A DNA stretch of 64,000 nt from an uncultured Bacteroidales bacterium (GTDB lineage Bacteria; Bacteroidota; Bacteroidia; Bacteroidales; UBA7960). The position numbers and the translations under genes are program-made. Below are positions 1 to 9,912 of this stretch, piece after piece; position 1 is the stretch's first letter; each line of letters starts with the position of its first letter. Location of the stretch: contig CAYZCW010000004.1 in assembly GCA_964477035.1 (NCBI GenBank), positions 187,882-251,881 of the forward strand, written 5' to 3'. Under the pieces are notes generated by a model. It was not told where the DNA came from and ran no database searches. It saw only the letters and a program-made list of their open reading frames with translations.

Positions 1-99
1 ATTGCATGGGATGGAATATTGATGGGTTGACCGACTTCCCGGCCCCAACCGGGCAGGGTACAAATTTTTTTCAAAGATAGGAACTATTCCAAAGAAGTG

Positions 100-107
100 T
101 AATTTTG
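100..107 (+). promoter_or_regulatory. Candidate Bacteroidota -7 promoter box TAATTTTG
   Basis: It matches the TAnnTTTG consensus and lies 19 nt upstream of the ATG at 127. The 13-mer tgtaattttgcct (98-110) recurs at 7119-7131 in front of another gene. Confidence 0.4.
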
Positions 108-126
108 CCTATTTACCGGAAATACA

Positions 127-1275
127 ATGCCTGAAAACTGGTTGATGCCTCCGGATCCCTTGTGGACCTGGGCGGTATTTGCGTTCTTTGTGATGGTTGC
201 GGTGATCCAGCTGTTCTATTTCTGGTTCTATTTTCGCCGTGCGGCATTTTTCAGCCCGGGGCGAAAGCCCGGGTACGATGGCCCCGTCTCGGTGGTGGTG
301 TGCGCACGGAATGAATACCACAACCTGGAAAAAAACCTGCCCTTGTTGCTTTCACAGGATTATCCTGATTTTGAAGTGGTCGTGGTGGACGATGGCTCGG
401 ACGACGACACCGATTTGCTGCTGCAGCAAATGAAAGCCCGCCATCCCCACCTCAAGGTGGTCCCCCTCAGAGAGAACGTCAATTTTTTCAAGGGCAAAAA
501 ACTGGCCCTGTCGGTGGGCATTAAATCGGCGGCCCATGAGGTGCTGCTGCTGACCGATGCAGACTGCCGGCCGGCCAGCCCGCATTGGCTCCTGCGCATG
601 GTGGACAATTACGGGGACGGTACCGGGATCGTGCTCGGGTACGGGGCCTATGAAAAGCACCCCGGACTGCTGAACCGCCTCATCCGCTTCGATACCTTCT
701 TCATTGCCCTGCAATATATGGGCATGGCCCTGGCGGGCAGGGCCTATATGGGGGTGGGCCGGAACCTGTCCTACAAACGCGCTCTTTTTTATGCCGTCAA
801 GGGGTTTACTTCCCATTACAAAATCATGTCAGGAGATGACGACCTGTTTGTCAACCAGGTGGCCACCTCCGAGAATGTGGCCGTGGAGATGAATCCGCAG
901 AGCCACACCCTGTCCTTCCCAAAAACCTCCTGGAGGGCATGGTACAGGCAGAAAAGGCGCCACATGTCCACGTCCGTACATTACAAGCCCTCCCATAAAA
1001 GGCGCCTGGGGCTTTTTTCCTTTACCCACCTGGCTTTTTACCCCTTGCTGGCTGCCATCCTGGCCGGGGCCGCACAAAGCCTGTTCGGGCTGGTGGCCGT
1101 TGGCCTGTTCCTTGTCCGGTCTGCCAGTTTGCTGATCCTGCTGTCCGGCTTTGCACGGAGGCTTCAGGAAAAAGGGCTTTTGCCATTTTCTTTGCTGCAC
1201 GACCTCGTACATCCTCTAATTAATTTTATTTTTGTGGTTTCAAGTATGTTTTCTGCCAATAAAGCATGGAAGTAA
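127..1275 (+). CDS. Membrane-bound family 2 glycosyltransferase
   Basis: 382-aa ORF with an N-terminal TM segment, the GT2 signature VSVVVCARNE...DFEVVVVDDGSDDDT, and C-terminal TM helices. Confidence 0.8.
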   Translation: MPENWLMPPDPLWTWAVFAFFVMVAVIQLFYFWFYFRRAAFFSPGRKPGYDGPVSVVVCARNEYHNLEKNLPLLLSQDYPDFEVVVVDDGSDDDTDLLLQQMKARHPHLKVVPLRENVNFFKGKKLALSVGIKSAAHEVLLLTDADCRPASPHWLLRMVDNYGDGTGIVLGYGAYEKHPGLLNRLIRFDTFFIALQYMGMALAGRAYMGVGRNLSYKRALFYAVKGFTSHYKIMSGDDDLFVNQVATSENVAVEMNPQSHTLSFPKTSWRAWYRQKRRHMSTSVHYKPSHKRRLGLFSFTHLAFYPLLAAILAGAAQSLFGLVAVGLFLVRSASLLILLSGFARRLQEKGLLPFSLLHDLVHPLINFIFVVSSMFSANKAWK

Positions 1276-1871
1276 ATCCCAAATTGACCCCGAAAGGCGC
1301 CAGAGACTACCAACTGGTGCAGGAGGCCCTGAATGACGGAAGCCAAAAGGCTTTTTCGGAGCTGATGGGCCTTTACTGGGATACGATTTACTTCATGCTG
1401 CTGAAAATGACGGGCAGCCGGGAGGATGCGGAAGACCTGACCATAGAGGCTTTCGGCAAGGCATTCCGTTTTTTGCCTCAGTACACACCCGACTATGCCT
1501 TCAGCACCTGGCTGTTTAAGATTGCATCCAACCATTGCATCGACTTCATCCGCAAGAAGAAAAAGAACATCCTCAGCTATGAGGGCAACGAGGAACTGGG
1601 CGACCCCGATTCCCGCGTGATCCTGGCCGGCGATTCCCACAGCCCGGAAGGAGAGCTGATAAGGGGGCAAAGGATTGCGCATATGCGGCAGATCGTTGCC
1701 AAACTTAAACCCAGGTACCAGGTCCTGATCCGCCTCCGTTATTTCGAAGAAAAATCCTACGAAGAAATCTGCCAGGAGCTCGACCTGCCCCTGGGCACGG
1801 TGAAGGCCCAGCTGTTCAGGGCGAGAGAGTTCCTGTTCAACATCCTGAAGAACTCACAAGATACCATTTAA
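1266..1871 (+). CDS. ECF-type sigma-70 family RNA polymerase sigma factor
   Basis: Region 2 reads FSTWLFKIASNHCIDFIRKKKK and the region 4 HTH reads SYEEICQELDLPLGTVKAQLFRAREF. It overlaps the upstream GT2 gene by 10 nt, consistent with an operon. Confidence 0.85.
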   Translation: MEVNPKLTPKGARDYQLVQEALNDGSQKAFSELMGLYWDTIYFMLLKMTGSREDAEDLTIEAFGKAFRFLPQYTPDYAFSTWLFKIASNHCIDFIRKKKKNILSYEGNEELGDPDSRVILAGDSHSPEGELIRGQRIAHMRQIVAKLKPRYQVLIRLRYFEEKSYEEICQELDLPLGTVKAQLFRAREFLFNILKNSQDTI

Positions 1872-1893
1872 TAATCCGACCCATCAAACCACC

Positions 1894-2316
1894 ATGTGCA
1901 TGAAAAAAACCTTCCTTGCAGGCCTGGTTTTTCTGACCGTCTGGGCTTGTACTGCTGCCGCCCAGGTGCAGTACCACTACCATGAGACCCATGATACGGT
2001 CCGTGTCGGCTACCGCTGGCAGCGCGCCCAGCTATTCAGCCGGGACAGCGATGCGGTGCTCAACCTGGAACTGGTGAACCAGGGAGATGCGGCCGTGGAG
2101 GTATTGTTCTCTGTGGGGTTTTACAGGGACCAGCAGCTTTTCCTGGAGGCCCGTGACAACCGGATCTGCCTGCGGCCCGGGCAGACGAGGCGGGGCGTCC
2201 GAGGCGACCTGCGGTTTTCTGCGACGGGAATCACCCTCGACGACACCGAGGAGGCCTGGTTCTCCTGGGACCTGTTCGGGGTGGTGGTGAGAGAGGTGGC
2301 GGGATGCGACCAGTGA
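1894..2316 (+). CDS. Hypothetical secreted protein
   Basis: 140-aa ORF with a signal peptide (MKKTFLAGLVFLTVWACTAAAQ), tightly packed between the sigma factor gene and hutU. I recognise no motif. Confidence 0.55.
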   Translation: MCMKKTFLAGLVFLTVWACTAAAQVQYHYHETHDTVRVGYRWQRAQLFSRDSDAVLNLELVNQGDAAVEVLFSVGFYRDQQLFLEARDNRICLRPGQTRRGVRGDLRFSATGITLDDTEEAWFSWDLFGVVVREVAGCDQ

Positions 2317-2335
2317 ACAGGAAATATATCAGGAA

Positions 2336-4342
2336 ATGGACAATCAAGCTTTTCGCAGGGCCATATTGCAGGGCATCCCGGATGAACTGCCTGTACCCAG
2401 GCCCCATGACCCCGACGTCAACCATGCACCAAGGCGAAAGGACATCCTGACAACGGCAGAAAAAAAGCTGGCCGTGAAGAATGCCCTCCGGTATTTTGAG
2501 CCACGTCATCATGCGGTGCTGGCCCCCGAGTTTGCGAAGGAACTGAGGGATTACGGACGCATCTACATGTACCGGTTCCGGCCCGTCTATCCCATTCACG
2601 CCCGTGACCTGGATGCTTTTCCGCACCGCTCCCGGCAAGCCGCAGCCATCATGCTCATGCTGAGCAATAACCTGGATCATGCCGTGGCACAGCATCCGCA
2701 CGAGCTGATTACCTATGGCGGCAACGGGGCCGTTTTCCAGAACTGGGCCCAGTACCTGCTGTGCATGAAATACCTGGCCGGGATGACCGATGAACAAACC
2801 CTGGTGCTCTACAGCGGCCATCCCATGGGCCTGTTTCCCTCCCATCCGGAGGCACCCAGGGTGGTGGTGACCAACGGCATGATGGTGCCCAATTATTCAA
2901 AGCCGGACGACTGGGAGCGGTTCAATGCCCTGGGCGTTACACAGTACGGTCAGATGACGGCCGGATCGTTCATGTACATCGGGCCGCAGGGCATCGTGCA
3001 CGGGACCACCATCACGGTGCTCAATGCGGGGCGGCGCCTGCCCGGATCCGGGCAGGGACTGGCCGGAAAGGTGTTTGTCACCAGCGGACTGGGGGGCATG
3101 TCCGGGGCGCAGCCAAAAGCCGCGGTCATCGCCGGCGCCATCGGGGTGGTGGCCGAGATCAATCCCAAGGCGGTCCGCACGCGCCATGAACAGGGCTGGG
3201 TCGATGAGGTGTATGAGGACCTGGACCGTCTGACCGGAAGGGTGTTGGAGGCACGAAACCGCAAGGAAGCCGTGTCGCTGGCTTACCTGGGGAACATTGT
3301 GGACCTGTGGGAGCATTTCGTGGCACAGGACGTGGCGGTGGAGCTGGGCTCGGACCAGACCTCCCTTCACAACCCTTTTGCAGGAGGGTATTACCCGGCA
3401 GGACTGTCATTTGATGAATCCAACGCCATGATGGCTTCCGATCCGGAACGATTCAGGGAGTTGGTGCAGGCCTCCCTGCTGCGGCATGTCCGGGCCGTCA
3501 ATATCCTGGCAGGACGGGGCATGTATTTCTGGGACTATGGAAATGCCTTCCTCCTGGAGGCGGGACGTGCCGGGGCCGAGGTGTTCCGCGGGGACGGAGG
3601 ATACCGGTACCCGTCGTACGTGCAGGACATCATGGGACCCCTGTGTTTTGACTATGGGTTCGGGCCCTTCCGCTGGGTATGCACCAGCTCTGACCCGCAG
3701 GACCTGCAGACCACCGACCGACTCGCGGCCGAAGTCCTCGAAGACATGATGCAGGAAGCCCCCGTGGAAATCCGGCAGCAGCTGGCGGACAACCTGTTGT
3801 GGATCCGTCAGGCGGAAGCGAACAAGCTGGTGGTCGGTTCCCAGGCCAGGATTCTCTACGCCGACGGAGAGGGCCGGATCCGCATCGCCCGTGCATTCAA
3901 CCGGGCCATCCGGGAAAAGCGCCTGAAAGGCCCTGTTGTACTGGGCCGCGACCACCACGATGTGAGTGGTACAGACAGCCCTTACCGGGAGACATCCAAC
4001 ATTTACGACGGGTCACAGTTCACCGCCGACATGGCCATCCACAATGTGATCGGAGACAGCTTCCGGGGGGCCACCTGGGTTTCCATCCATAACGGAGGCG
4101 GCGTCGGATGGGGCGAGGTGATCAACGGCGGCTTCGGACTCCTGCTTGACGGTTCTGAGGAGGCCGACCGCAGGCTGCAGGGCATGTTATTCTGGGACGT
4201 CAACAACGGCATTGCCCGCCGGAGCTGGGCGCGCAACCAGGAAGCCATTTTTGCCATTAAAAGGGCCATGAAGGCCGAACCCAGGCTGCAAGTCACCCTG
4301 CCTTTCGAGGCCTCGGACGGGATGCTGGATCAGTTATTCTGA
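2336..4342 (+). CDS. hutU: Urocanate hydratase (long form)
   Basis: 668-aa ORF with urocanase blocks such as TYGGNG, GLGGMSGAQPKAAVIAG, GSDQTSLHNP and WVSIHNGGGVGWGE. Confidence 0.9.
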   Translation: MDNQAFRRAILQGIPDELPVPRPHDPDVNHAPRRKDILTTAEKKLAVKNALRYFEPRHHAVLAPEFAKELRDYGRIYMYRFRPVYPIHARDLDAFPHRSRQAAAIMLMLSNNLDHAVAQHPHELITYGGNGAVFQNWAQYLLCMKYLAGMTDEQTLVLYSGHPMGLFPSHPEAPRVVVTNGMMVPNYSKPDDWERFNALGVTQYGQMTAGSFMYIGPQGIVHGTTITVLNAGRRLPGSGQGLAGKVFVTSGLGGMSGAQPKAAVIAGAIGVVAEINPKAVRTRHEQGWVDEVYEDLDRLTGRVLEARNRKEAVSLAYLGNIVDLWEHFVAQDVAVELGSDQTSLHNPFAGGYYPAGLSFDESNAMMASDPERFRELVQASLLRHVRAVNILAGRGMYFWDYGNAFLLEAGRAGAEVFRGDGGYRYPSYVQDIMGPLCFDYGFGPFRWVCTSSDPQDLQTTDRLAAEVLEDMMQEAPVEIRQQLADNLLWIRQAEANKLVVGSQARILYADGEGRIRIARAFNRAIREKRLKGPVVLGRDHHDVSGTDSPYRETSNIYDGSQFTADMAIHNVIGDSFRGATWVSIHNGGGVGWGEVINGGFGLLLDGSEEADRRLQGMLFWDVNNGIARRSWARNQEAIFAIKRAMKAEPRLQVTLPFEASDGMLDQLF

Positions 4343-4839
4343 GTTTCGCGGCCGGGCCTTTCCGCCTCCGCATCCAGGAGAAACCGCCAGCTGTGCCGGC
4401 GGACGGGACCGGCTTCTTCTCCGGTTACGAGCGGGTCCTCTTCCGGAGTGAACTGGACCGGTTGCTGCTGGCTGACCATGATGCTGAAGCGCTTCAGCAA
4501 TTCATCGTGGATGAGTTTGATCTCTCTCTCGTGCAGCAGGTAACAGGCAAGCGCTTCACTGAATGCTTGCTGGGTGACGCCATGCCGCTCGAATACCCCG
4601 GCATAATAGTGGGGCAGGGAGTCCATGATGCCCGGGTTGAAGGGCTGCTCCTCCAGAAAAAACGTCTCCAGCAGGTAGAGCTCGGCCAGCATGTCTGTCA
4701 TTTTTTCGCGGGACAGGATCTTGTCACAGTCATCCCTGCCGGGTGGGCGGAAAAAGCTGCATCCGGCTACCAGCATTACAAGCAAAAGGAACAATGTCAA
4801 TGCCGGGGATGGCCATCTGATCGATTGCATGACAAGCAA
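4330..4839 (-). CDS. DUF4296-like lipoprotein
   Basis: It has a lipobox (LVAGC) and the LAELYLLE block. Its position directly downstream of dihydroorotase is, as I recall, typical for DUF4296 in Bacteroidota. Confidence 0.6.
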   Translation of the reverse strand: MLVMQSIRWPSPALTLFLLLVMLVAGCSFFRPPGRDDCDKILSREKMTDMLAELYLLETFFLEEQPFNPGIMDSLPHYYAGVFERHGVTQQAFSEALACYLLHEREIKLIHDELLKRFSIMVSQQQPVQFTPEEDPLVTGEEAGPVRRHSWRFLLDAEAERPGRETQNN

Positions 4840-4847
4840 TTTAGGTG

Positions 4848-6191
4848 CTACCTGGAGAACGACAGCGCCTGCCCCCTGATCCCATCGTGGATGCGTCCGT
4901 TGTCATAGACCAGGATGCCGTTCACGAAGGTGTACCGGACGGACGATCTGAGGGTGGTCCCCTCCAGGGGGGACCAGCCGCATTTGTAAAGGATGTTGTC
5001 TTTTCCCACGGTCTGGGGCCTGTCAGGGTCCACCACCACCAGGTCCGCCGCATATCCTTCCCGGATGAACCCCCTGCCCCGGATGCCGAAACACAGGGCC
5101 GGGTTGTGGCACATCAGCTCCACCAGCCGCTCCAGCGAAAGGTGTCCCTGTTGAACCAGCTCCAGCATGGCCGGCAGGGCGTGCTGCACCATGGGTCCCC
5201 CGGACGGGCATTCCAGATAGGGACCCAGTTTCTCCTCCCTGGTATGCGGGGCATGGTCCGTGGCAATCACGTCCACGCGCCCATCCAGGAGGGCGCCCAG
5301 CAGGGCCCTTCGGTCGCTCTCCTCCTTGATGGCAGGGTTCCATTTGATCCATCCGCCTTTTTCCCGGTAGTCCCTGTCTGAGAACCAAAGGTGGTGAACG
5401 CAGACCTCTGCCGTGACCTGTTTCTGGTCCGGCCGCAGAGAAGCGTCCAGAAGCTGCATTTCCCCTGCCGTGGACAGATGCAACAGGTGGAGGCGGGTGC
5501 CGTACCGCAATGCGAGCGACAGGGCCAGCCTGGAGGAGACCTCGCAGGCCTCGTGGCTGCGGATGACCGGGTGCTGGGTGAACGGGATCCGGTCATGATA
5601 CAAACTGCGCGCCTGTTTCAGGTTTGTCCGCACGGTCTGCTCATCCTCGCAATGCACGGCCACGGGCAATTTCTTCAGGCGGAAGATGCGGGCCAGGCTG
5701 TCCGGCTGGTCGACCAGCATATTGCCGGTGGAGGACCCCATAAATACCTTGATGCCGCAAACATGCTCCGGACTGGTTCCCTCCAGCTCCCTGATGTTGT
5801 CGTTGGTGGCACCGATGTAAAAGGAGTAATTGGCCAGGCTTTTTTCCCGGGCCAGGTCGAACTTCTTTTCCAGGGCTTCCTGGGTCACGGTCTGGGGAAA
5901 GGTGTTCGGCATTTCCATGAAGGAGGTGATCCCTCCGGCCACGGCCGCCCTGGATTCGCTGGCGATGTCCGCTTTTGCGGGGAAGCCCGGTTCACGAAAA
6001 TGCACCTGGTCGTCGATCACCCCGGGCAGCAGGTACAAACCTTCCAGATCGAGTGTCTCCCCCTCCTGTGGGGGGGTGGCCATGGCCCCTCCTTCTGCCG
6101 GAAAGACTCCGCCGATCAGCCCGTCCCTGATCAGGACGCTGCCTTTCAGCACCCGGCCTTCATTCACGATCAATGCGTTTTTCAGAAGCAT
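4848..6191 (-). CDS. pyrC: Dihydroorotase
   Basis: Amidohydrolase motifs DDQVHFREPG, VHCED and VIATDHAPH are present. The start was trimmed from the 543-aa ORF to MLLKNALIVNEG (ATG at 6191-6189), which is where homology begins. Confidence 0.85.
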   Translation of the reverse strand: MLLKNALIVNEGRVLKGSVLIRDGLIGGVFPAEGGAMATPPQEGETLDLEGLYLLPGVIDDQVHFREPGFPAKADIASESRAAVAGGITSFMEMPNTFPQTVTQEALEKKFDLAREKSLANYSFYIGATNDNIRELEGTSPEHVCGIKVFMGSSTGNMLVDQPDSLARIFRLKKLPVAVHCEDEQTVRTNLKQARSLYHDRIPFTQHPVIRSHEACEVSSRLALSLALRYGTRLHLLHLSTAGEMQLLDASLRPDQKQVTAEVCVHHLWFSDRDYREKGGWIKWNPAIKEESDRRALLGALLDGRVDVIATDHAPHTREEKLGPYLECPSGGPMVQHALPAMLELVQQGHLSLERLVELMCHNPALCFGIRGRGFIREGYAADLVVVDPDRPQTVGKDNILYKCGWSPLEGTTLRSSVRYTFVNGILVYDNGRIHDGIRGQALSFSR

Positions 6192-6211
6192 GGCATGGAT
6201 TGGTTGAACGG

Positions 6212-7000
6212 TCAGGCAGCCGGTGTTTGCCGGTGCCGGTATTCTTTGCGGTTGACGATGCTGTCCCAGCGCATCCGGATCACACCCAGTACCGCCTCCT
6301 TGAAGATCCCCTTGCTCATTTTGGATACCCCCTCGACCCGGTCGGTAAAGACTATGGACACTTCCTTGATCCTGAAACCCAGCTTCCAGGCCTTGAACTT
6401 CATTTCGATCTGGAAGGCATAGCCCGAAAAGCGGATGCGGTCCAGGTCGATCGCTTCCAGCACCTCCCGGGTATAGCATTTGAAGCCCGCCGTGGTATCT
6501 CTGATCTTCATGCGGGTGATCAGGCGCACGTAGGCGGAGGCAAAATAAGACATCAGCACCCGGGATATGGGCCAGTTCACCACATTGACCCCGTCAATGT
6601 AACGTGAGCCGATGGCCAGGTCGTAACCGTCCCGGGCGCATGCCTGCCGCAGCCTGACCAGGTCACCGGGATTGTGTGAAAAGTCGGCATCCATCTCGAA
6701 GATGTAGCGGTAATCACGGCCCAGCGCCCATTTAAAACCGAATACATAGGCCGTCCCCAGCCCCAGCTTGCCCTCCCTGGTTTCCAGAAACAGCCGTCCG
6801 CTGAATTCGGGCATCAGCCCCCGCACCACATCGGCCGTACCATCGGGCGAATTATCATCGACCACCAGGATGTGGAAATCCCCTTCCAGGGAGAGTACCC
6901 TGCGGATCATTTTTCCGATGTTTTCCCGTTCCTTATAAGTGGGAATGATTACCAGACTGTCGGCCACGATGAAATCGGTTGTGCAGGAAGATTCCGCCAC
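6212..7000 (-). CDS. Polyprenol-phosphate mannosyl/glycosyl transferase (Dpm1-like GT2)
   Basis: Motifs LVIIPTYKERENI and ILVVDDNSPDGT are present. The longest ORF (GTG at 7165) would overlap the divergent gene, so I place the start at the GTG at 7000 (MAESSCTTDF...), downstream of a -7 box at 7039-7046. The start remains uncertain. Confidence 0.75.
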   Translation of the reverse strand: MAESSCTTDFIVADSLVIIPTYKERENIGKMIRRVLSLEGDFHILVVDDNSPDGTADVVRGLMPEFSGRLFLETREGKLGLGTAYVFGFKWALGRDYRYIFEMDADFSHNPGDLVRLRQACARDGYDLAIGSRYIDGVNVVNWPISRVLMSYFASAYVRLITRMKIRDTTAGFKCYTREVLEAIDLDRIRFSGYAFQIEMKFKAWKLGFRIKEVSIVFTDRVEGVSKMSKGIFKEAVLGVIRMRWDSIVNRKEYRHRQTPAA

Positions 7001-7038
7001 GGGTGGCTTGGGCCTCCTCCGGGTTCTGTATATGGCTT

Positions 7039-7046
7039 CAAAAATA
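7039..7046 (-). promoter_or_regulatory. Candidate -7 box TATTTTTG for the Dpm1-like gene
   Basis: The minus strand reads CCGTATTTTTGAAG, a perfect TAnnTTTG, about 40 nt upstream of the proposed GTG start at 7000. Confidence 0.35.
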
Positions 7047-7120
7047 CGGTTTTTGTTCCATTGTGGGGTAATTAAATCCAAATAAAGCAGGCAATGCCGG
7101 GATTGTTGGGCGACAAGATG

Positions 7121-7128
7121 TAATTTTG
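7121..7128 (+). promoter_or_regulatory. Candidate -7 box TAATTTTG for the cysteine desulfurase gene
   Basis: This is a perfect TAnnTTTG that ends only 7 nt before the ATG at 7136, so the transcript would be leaderless or nearly so. Confidence 0.4.
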
Positions 7129-7135
7129 CCTTACC

Positions 7136-8281
7136 ATGAGCAAGCAACGCATTTACTTCGATCACGCAGCCAGCACCCCCATGCCGGGAGAGGTGCTGGA
7201 AGTCATGCAGGCCGCCATGGCGGAGCTATATGGTAATCCGTCCTCCCTGCACGAGGCGGGTCGGCGTGCCCGGGTAGCCATCGAACAGGCCCGTCGCAGC
7301 GTGGCCCGCTGTCTGAAGGTGACTCCTGCCGAAGTCTTTTTTACCTCCGGAGGCACCGAGGCCAACAACGCCATCCTGTGGGAATGTTACCTTCACCTGG
7401 GGGTGAAACACTTCATCAGCAGCCCCCTGGAGCATCCCTCCGTCCGGATTACCCTGGAAGCCATTGCCGGCCAGCCGGGAGCCGGACTGCACCTGGTGGA
7501 CGTCGACGCCCTGGGCCGGGTGTCCCTGGACCATTTGGACGAACTGGCGCGCCGGTATCCCGGGGCCCTGGTTTCCCTGATGCATGCCAACAACGAGATC
7601 GGTAACCTGCTGCCGGTTAAGGCTGTGGCGGAGATTTGCAGGGACCGTGGCTGCCTGTTTCATTCCGATACGGTGCAGACCATCGGAAAGTTCGACATGG
7701 ACCTGCCCCGCCTGGGGATGGATTTTGCCGTGGGCAGTGCCCACAAGTTCCATGGTCCGAAGGGGGCCGGCTTCATGATTGTCAGGCAGGGCCGGCCTTC
7801 CGGTCCCTGGATGACCGGAGGCAGTCAGGAGCGAAACATGCGGGCGGGAACCGAAAATGTTTACGGCATCGTGGGACTGGCCAGGGCCCTGGACTGGATG
7901 CAGGATTCCATGCAGGAAAACAGGCTGTGGGTCGGCCGACTGCGTAACCAGCTGCTGCTGCTGCTGCGGGAGGAGCTGCCCCGGGTGGGTTTCAACGGGG
8001 ACGTGGACGGCAGCTGCCTCTATGGCATCGTGAACCTGTCCCTGCCTGCCTCCCTGGATGCGGTGGTGGTGCTGGTACGCCTCGACATGGAAGGCATCAG
8101 CGTGTCCTCGGGCAGTGCCTGTTCTTCCGGCAGCCTGGAGCCATCCCCGGTGATAGCCGCCCTGGGGGGCGACCCGTCACGGCCCTCCCTGAGGGTGTCC
8201 CTGGGCAAGAACAATACCCCCGACGAAGTCCGACGGTTTGTGGAGGTCCTTCGTGCCATGGTGGAAGACAGCCCTGCCTGA
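7136..8281 (+). CDS. Cysteine desulfurase (class V aminotransferase, IscS/NifS type)
   Basis: The PLP-lysine block SAHKFHGPKGAG and the active-site Cys block SSGSACSSG are present in a 381-aa ORF. Confidence 0.85.
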   Translation: MSKQRIYFDHAASTPMPGEVLEVMQAAMAELYGNPSSLHEAGRRARVAIEQARRSVARCLKVTPAEVFFTSGGTEANNAILWECYLHLGVKHFISSPLEHPSVRITLEAIAGQPGAGLHLVDVDALGRVSLDHLDELARRYPGALVSLMHANNEIGNLLPVKAVAEICRDRGCLFHSDTVQTIGKFDMDLPRLGMDFAVGSAHKFHGPKGAGFMIVRQGRPSGPWMTGGSQERNMRAGTENVYGIVGLARALDWMQDSMQENRLWVGRLRNQLLLLLREELPRVGFNGDVDGSCLYGIVNLSLPASLDAVVVLVRLDMEGISVSSGSACSSGSLEPSPVIAALGGDPSRPSLRVSLGKNNTPDEVRRFVEVLRAMVEDSPA

Positions 8282-8283
8282 CC

Positions 8284-9900
8284 TCATTCGCTGTGGGTGA
8301 TCCTGACCAGGCTTACCTGCCAGGCGGGTGCCAGGGAGGTGGTGCTGGTATACCGGAAGGCGATGTGTATGTCCTTGCCCTGAAAGGCATCCAGGGAGAT
8401 GGGGCCGCTGTCCACGAAGGTCCAGTTCGTTCCCGGAGGCCGGTTGAAACCTGTCAGCTCTGTCCAATCGCCCGACTCTGAGGGGTCTCCTCCCTGGTAG
8501 TTGTCGGAAACGAGCACCCTGAGTCCGCCCTTGTCCGTGCCGAAATTGACGGCCTCCCGGATGTGGAGTCTTGGATTGTTTGTCCCGGCCAGGGATATGG
8601 ATGGGGATACCAGCCAGTCCTCATTGGCCCGGTTGCTGCCATCGTATCCGCTCATATAGGCACAGCCCCCGTCATAGGTGGCGTGGGTCCAGTTCTGGGC
8701 TCCCTGCAGGTTGTAGGAGGTGAAGCTGCCCAGGCTGCTGGCAAAGGTTTCCTCCCACAGGGGGGTCTGGGGAACCAGCCCGTCGCCATCGAGCCAGTAA
8801 CCCGACGCCCGGAGCAGTCCCGGGGCACTGAAGTAAGTGCCGAGATTGCCCAGAATTTTCACGGGTTTGCCCAGGTTGGCCGGATTGGCCACCAGGTTCA
8901 GGGCCTCCCGCACCTGCCCGATGGGCAGTTGCACCGTCAGGATGTTGCCCGGGGCGGTCTCATCGGGTTTGTCGGCCATCAGCAGGTTGGTGGCGGTCTG
9001 GAACGGGGCGGTGAAGGACCGGGTGAAGGGACTTGCATGGGTCTCATAGACCCCGATGATGTACCCTTCCACCCAGACCCCGTCCCCGCTGTTGTTTGCC
9101 ATGGCAAAGGCCACGTTATAGGGTTCACCGAAAGTCCCTGATCCCGCCGGATCCCCCGTATCGCAACGGTCCCCGCCCATGTCCATTTCCTCAAAACTTC
9201 TGATCAGGAGCTGCCAGGTGGATCCGAACTGGGAAACCACGGCCACCAGGCTGCCGTTGCCTTCGGGAACCACCCGGTTGGCAAAGTCGGCGAATGGGCT
9301 GGTACGCACGATGATCTGGTTGCCATCACAATCGGTCAGGCTGCGGTTCTCAGTCAACCCTTCCGCCACATCGGCAAAGCGCTTTCCCAGTTCTCCCGTG
9401 TTGAACTGCACCCCTTCCAGGCGAACGAGGCGGGCCTGGAGGCCCCCGTTCAGGATGTCCGGCACGGATACCGGTTCAGGCGCCACGGCCTGCCCCGACT
9501 CCTGTTTAATCAGATGCCTGCCGTATTCCAGGGAATCCAGTTGCAGCATGTTGTTGTAACTGCCCAGGACGGTCCCTTTCAGAGAGATCCTGACCCGGTC
9601 CCCTTCCCGGATGTCGCTGGCATAATCCAGCCGGACGTTGATGGCCGCGGTTCCGTCCTCCACGAATATGTTGCGGTAGAGGTTTCCCGAGGTTTCCCCC
9701 ATGCTGACCGTGGCAAAGACCGCCACGTTGTCTTCGAAGCGAACGGTCTGACCCGTATAGAGGGCCCTCAGTTCGGCCAGTGTCATGGTGCCGTCAGGCT
9801 GGTTCAGCGGGGGCGCGTCGGGCGGGTCCTTTTCACAGGCGGCGGCCGTCAGCATCAGGGCCAGCAATAGCGGATACATCTTTGGTTTTATGCGGGTCAT
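8284..9900 (-). CDS. Surface lipoprotein with repeated OB-fold-like (DUF5689-like) modules and a C-terminal choice-of-anchor-J/MAM-like domain
   Basis: It has a lipobox (LTAAAC). The N-terminal ~210 aa are paralogous to the 9913-11274 product. The C-terminal block reads NEDWLVSPSISL...IHIAFRY. It is the last gene of the TBDR operon. Confidence 0.7.
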   Translation of the reverse strand: MTRIKPKMYPLLLALMLTAAACEKDPPDAPPLNQPDGTMTLAELRALYTGQTVRFEDNVAVFATVSMGETSGNLYRNIFVEDGTAAINVRLDYASDIREGDRVRISLKGTVLGSYNNMLQLDSLEYGRHLIKQESGQAVAPEPVSVPDILNGGLQARLVRLEGVQFNTGELGKRFADVAEGLTENRSLTDCDGNQIIVRTSPFADFANRVVPEGNGSLVAVVSQFGSTWQLLIRSFEEMDMGGDRCDTGDPAGSGTFGEPYNVAFAMANNSGDGVWVEGYIIGVYETHASPFTRSFTAPFQTATNLLMADKPDETAPGNILTVQLPIGQVREALNLVANPANLGKPVKILGNLGTYFSAPGLLRASGYWLDGDGLVPQTPLWEETFASSLGSFTSYNLQGAQNWTHATYDGGCAYMSGYDGSNRANEDWLVSPSISLAGTNNPRLHIREAVNFGTDKGGLRVLVSDNYQGGDPSESGDWTELTGFNRPPGTNWTFVDSGPISLDAFQGKDIHIAFRYTSTTSLAPAWQVSLVRITHSE

Positions 9901-9912
9901 GGTCGTTCGGTT

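Noticed and set aside
2336-4342. hutU was considered as part of a histidine-utilisation operon.
   Set aside because: No hutH, hutI or hutG is in the window. The neighbours are a sigma factor gene and a small secreted protein gene on one side and pyrC-associated genes on the other. It is reported only as a solitary hutU.
4848-6479. N-terminal extensions of the longest-ORF models. Affected ORFs are pyrC 4848-6479, purE 31665-32357, epimerase 34073-35410, IMPase 39631-40638, DMT 20568-21935, arcC 43845-, argF 44919-, AbgT 61103-, peptidase 35817-37979 and GT4 52006-53229.
   Set aside because: The extensions are P/G/R-rich, overlap neighbouring genes or promoters, and precede internal Met codons where the conserved N-terminus, signal peptide or lipobox begins. 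They were trimmed rather than reported as novel domains.
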